Source of the DNA: Deltaproteobacteria bacterium
Lineage (GTDB): Bacteria > Myxococcota_A > UBA9160 > SMWR01
Assembly: GCA_032128375.1 (NCBI GenBank)
Contig: JAQBGU010000099.1
Span: 1 to 64,000, forward strand
Length of the DNA: 64,000 bases
Direction of reading: 5' to 3'
Shown in pieces: positions 60,808 to 64,000 of the stretch; the first letter of the stretch is position 1; each line of letters starts with the position of its first letter. Below the pieces are notes generated by a model. It searched no databases. It saw only the letters and a program-made list of their open reading frames with translations, and was not told the origin of the DNA. Both the position numbers and the translations under genes were made by a program.

Positions 60808-61664
60808 CGCGGCGCTTCGACGCGCGCAGGTGATCCCGACCAACTCCACGCGAGTGTCGGCCGCGACAGCCCGAGCATCATCCCGCCCAGTGCCGGAGGG
60901 TGAACGAAGACGGTGTCGATTGCACCCCTGTGATCCGGCGCCGGGACCACAGTCACGCGATGCCCGAGCTCGCGCGCCCGCTGTTCGATTTCGTCGAGTT
61001 GGTCCGTCTCGGCGAACGCCATGTAGTACGATTCACCAAAACGCGAATAGAAGCGCCCCATCGTCTTCTCGAGATCTGTCGGTGTGATCACCTCGAAACG
61101 ATGGAGACGCTCAGGATCGAACAGCGTGAGCGCGCCTGTATAGCCATAGTGGGGCGAGTCGATCGGCACGAAAGCACCCGAATCCAAACCAAACAGCGTC
61201 GAGCAACGCTCGACCGCCGACTTCGCCTCCGCGACCAGCAGCGTCACTTCATACAAGAAATCGATCGCGCCGACGCGCGGCAGATCCTCGTCCGGACTCA
61301 ACACCGCGCGGTAGCCAACGCTTCCGGTTGCGGCGGGATCGATGAATGCCTGACCGCCCTCCCGCACAGGCTCGACCCCCTGCGTCTTCAAGTGGCCGAT
61401 GAGAGCATCGAGGTCCGACGTCGCTGCGCCCGCGGCGAACAGGTGACCGGCCCGCTTGCCGACGGCGTCGGCAAGCGGGCCGGCACCATCGGGCTCGAGC
61501 AGCTCGATGAATCCGCGGCCGAGACGGTAACGACTGCGCGATGCCCCCAAGCAATCGACGCGGTCTTCTCCAGTAGGGACCGCGCCCAACAGCTCCATCC
61601 AACCAACGGAGGCGGCCGCGCGGTCGGGGACTGCGAGTTGAATTCGATCGATCCGGGTGAGCAT
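60804..61664 (-). CDS. Two-domain VOC-family protein
   Basis: IDRIQLAV, IELLEP, FVHPPALGGMMLGLS. Confidence 0.8.
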   Translation of the reverse strand: MLTRIDRIQLAVPDRAAASVGWMELLGAVPTGEDRVDCLGASRSRYRLGRGFIELLEPDGAGPLADAVGKRAGHLFAAGAATSDLDALIGHLKTQGVEPVREGGQAFIDPAATGSVGYRAVLSPDEDLPRVGAIDFLYEVTLLVAEAKSAVERCSTLFGLDSGAFVPIDSPHYGYTGALTLFDPERLHRFEVITPTDLEKTMGRFYSRFGESYYMAFAETDQLDEIEQRARELGHRVTVVPAPDHRGAIDTVFVHPPALGGMMLGLSRPTLAWSWSGSPARVEAPR

Positions 61665-61806
61665 CGCGGCTACCTCCTGTGTTTCACAATTCATGACGGC
61701 AGGCGACCCGCTGCCGCAGGTCCGAACCCGCCGGCCAGACGACGTGAGGATTCTTGGCGCGAACCGTCACGAGCAACGAACTTTGGCGCGGAAGTGATTG
61801 CGTCGA

Positions 61807-62460
61807 TCAGGCACTCGTAGCATGGGTGTGCAGCAGTTCCTCATAGAATCCCATCATCACAGAAACGGTCGGTCCCGCCACGATCGCGCCTTGATACGCG
61901 ATATAGAAATGAGCGCTTGCCGCGGACCCGGTCGAACCGCGCAGCCGATACGACGACGAGTCCAGTACGTGGTCGAGCGGAAATTCCAAAATTTCCTCGA
62001 CTTCACCCTCGGCCGCTTGCAATGTCCCAACGCAACGCACGAGACCCACGACCGGATGAATCCGAAATCCGCTGTGGCTCACATAATCGCCGAGTTCTCC
62101 AATGACCTGTACGTTGGCGGGCGAAAGCGCGACCTCTTCATGCGCCTCGCGCAGCGCGGTTTCCACGGGCCCCATATCCCCCGGTTCGACCCGGCCCCCG
62201 GGGAAGCAGATGTGGCCGGCGTAGGAGATATTCTCGTGGCGGCGGGTGAGCAGCAAGCTCAGCCCGGAATCTCGCACCACGATCGGGATCAGGACCGCCG
62301 CCGGGGTCGCGTCGCGTCTCTGATCGGCGGATACGCGCGGTTCGTGATGGGGGTTGCGCAGCGGCTTGCGCATTCGGGCACGCTCGCTGGCAAAATGTTC
62401 GATCAAGGAATCGGCACTGGCGCAAACGGTCGGATGCTCGAAATCGGATTGGTGGTCCAC
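61807..62460 (-). CDS. NUDIX CoA pyrophosphatase (NudL-like; start uncertain)
   Basis: AAVLIP, LLLTRR, FPGG, ALREAHEEV. Confidence 0.88.
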   Translation of the reverse strand: MDHQSDFEHPTVCASADSLIEHFASERARMRKPLRNPHHEPRVSADQRRDATPAAVLIPIVVRDSGLSLLLTRRHENISYAGHICFPGGRVEPGDMGPVETALREAHEEVALSPANVQVIGELGDYVSHSGFRIHPVVGLVRCVGTLQAAEGEVEEILEFPLDHVLDSSSYRLRGSTGSAASAHFYIAYQGAIVAGPTVSVMMGFYEELLHTHATSA

Positions 62461-62619
62461 GCTGGCGAATGTAGAGCAAAGCAGCACGCAGTGGGCGGGC
62501 GGGGGCGGCTCTGACCGCCGCTACAGCGAGACGGCGGAGAATTTCCGACCCACTCGACCTACACTGTTGTCCATGGGGACGGTCGCCATGAGCATGACCA
62601 TGAGCCACGAGATTTCGGC

Positions 62620-63186
62620 ATGAACGGCGGACTTCTCTTCGAATTGGCAGCCGCCAGCTGCCTCGGCTTGTTCGCATGGACACTCATCGAATACGCGATC
62701 CACGGTCCGCTGTCCCACGGCTGGAAAACGTTCGTGTCACCATTGCACTGGACTCACCACAGAAGCCCGCGCAATGTATTCACATCTCCACTGGCGGCTG
62801 CTCCGGTGGCTGCGTTGCTGTTCGCGATCGGTCACGCGGTGGCGGGACCGCTGGCCGCGGGAGTGTTCGTCGCGGCCGTGCTGGGTGGCTTCATCCGCTA
62901 CGAGCGCGCCCACTGGCGCATCCATTTCCAGACGCCGCGCAACCCGCGCGAGCGCTCGCGGCGATCCCACCATCTTGCGCACCACTTCGAAAATCCGCGC
63001 GCCTATTGGGGGGTCACCACGCGGATCTGGGATCGCGTATTCGGCACACTACCCGCAACATGGCGGGATGATTACGCGAAGTTCGAAAATACGGCTCCGC
63101 TCGCGGGGAACAGCAACCTTCGAGCGGTCTGGAACCCGCGAATGGTTCTCGCCGAAATCCTCGCGGCGCGCGCGAGACGCTTGTAG
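62620..63186 (+). CDS. Fatty acid hydroxylase/sterol desaturase family protein
   Basis: His boxes EYAIH..LSH, HWTHH, HWRIH, HHLAHH; WDRVFGT. Confidence 0.85.
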   Translation: MNGGLLFELAAASCLGLFAWTLIEYAIHGPLSHGWKTFVSPLHWTHHRSPRNVFTSPLAAAPVAALLFAIGHAVAGPLAAGVFVAAVLGGFIRYERAHWRIHFQTPRNPRERSRRSHHLAHHFENPRAYWGVTTRIWDRVFGTLPATWRDDYAKFENTAPLAGNSNLRAVWNPRMVLAEILAARARRL

Positions 63187-63220
63187 AGACGGCCGTCTCG
63201 GATCTCGACTTCAGTCGGGG

Positions 63221-63325
63221 CTTCCCTTCTCGGCTTCCTTGCTCGGTTTGCTTGCTCGGCTTCCTTGCTCGGCTTTCCCTTCTCGGCTTCCTTGCTCGGC
63301 TTCCTTTCTCGGCTTCCTTTCTCGG
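63221..63325. repeat. 13-bp tandem repeat x8 (CTTCCTTGCTCGG consensus)
   Basis: Eight imperfect head-to-tail units between convergent genes. Confidence 0.9.
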
Positions 63326-63373
63326 GAAAGATCTCGAAGGAGACTCAGCCGGGCCCTTTTAGTACGGGAAGGA

Positions 63374-64000
63374 TTACGGAACGCGATTCTGCGGCAGCGG
63401 GTGACGATACAGTTTCGCGGCGTTCTCATGGGTGATCATTCGGATCTCCTCCACGGGTAGATGGCCGATGGTACGGTCGATCACCTGTTGGGTGTCCGGC
63501 CAGGTACCGTCTCCGTGCGGATAGTCGGATTCGAACAAGATGTTTTCCACGCCGATCGTGTGTCGGGTCGAGATCGTCGACGGATCGTCGATCATGCAGA
63601 ACCAGAAGTTTCGTCGCAGCACGTCACTGGGGGAATTGCGCTTGTCGGGCCAGCCCTGCCCATAGCCGGACCGGGCCATGATGTTATCGACGCGATCGAT
63701 CAGCATCGCGACCCAGCCGATGCCACCTTCGGACATCGCGATCTTGAGCTCCGGGTACTTCGCCGGCCAACCGCTCCACAACCATTCAGCGCAGGCCGAT
63801 ACCGCCATCGGTCCGAATAGAGTCGCCCCGAGTTCCAGCATCGGGGCGCCAGGGGGCATCTCGGCGAAGCCAGATGCACCAATGTGGAGATTCAAAACCG
63901 TCTCGGTTTCGGCACAGGCCTGGATGATCGGCTCCCAGTGTCTATCGAAAACCGCGGGGTAACCGAGGCGATGAGGCTGCTCGGGTAGCGTCACCGCGGT
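63374..64000 (-). CDS. Amidohydrolase-2 family protein (5' end outside the window)
   Basis: LHIG, SEGGIGW, FESDYPHGDGTWP, ENAAKLY. Confidence 0.9.
   Translation of the reverse strand, partial: TAVTLPEQPHRLGYPAVFDRHWEPIIQACAETETVLNLHIGASGFAEMPPGAPMLELGATLFGPMAVSACAEWLWSGWPAKYPELKIAMSEGGIGWVAMLIDRVDNIMARSGYGQGWPDKRNSPSDVLRRNFWFCMIDDPSTISTRHTIGVENILFESDYPHGDGTWPDTQQVIDRTIGHLPVEEIRMITHENAAKLYRHPLPQNRVP

Noticed and set aside
63221..63325. CRISPR array
   Set aside because: Units are 13 bp, contiguous, without unique spacers; no cas genes in the window

Overview
GC-rich bacterial DNA, probably from a diderm (PEP-CTERM protein, outer-membrane beta-barrel, FHA/Ser-Thr signalling; a Myxococcota-like origin is an inference). 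(1) 1-6.1 kb: tRNA-Leu and tRNA-Ala, with a decayed tandem island at tRNA-Ala (48-bp att duplication, reverse-transcriptase fragment, zeta-toxin-like pair, truncated tyrosine integrase, IS256 remnant, AT-richer GT2 gene, IS91 fragment, orphan BrnA). (2) 6-17.6 kb: large MscS channel, PEP-CTERM protein, YcaQ, TauD, esterase, PilZ, FHA. (3) 17.7-26.3 kb: actinobacterial-type steroid side-chain degradation cluster (DUF35 pair, ltp4/ltp3, acyl-CoA ligase, fdxD, fadE26/27, KstR-like TetR) with four KstR-type operators. (4) 28.4-47.3 kb, the best candidate for an undescribed system: a redox chain (membrane-anchored FAD/NAD(P)H-2Fe2S reductase, tandem cNMP-binding 4x[4Fe-4S] protein, probable di-heme-b membrane protein, 10-, 5- and 4-heme cytochromes c, beta-barrel) bracketed by a Ser/Thr kinase, a PP2C phosphatase, FHA proteins and an FHA-FHA class III cyclase with a non-canonical active site. 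(5) 47-64 kb: two Isc1/SMPD2-like sphingomyelinase paralogs, a partly broken GT-C cluster and lipid/CoA metabolism genes. An identical 125-bp CTAG-bounded MITE occurs twice, each time at a TAG stop codon. No CRISPR array seen. All assignments come from motif recognition by eye; no database searches were run.
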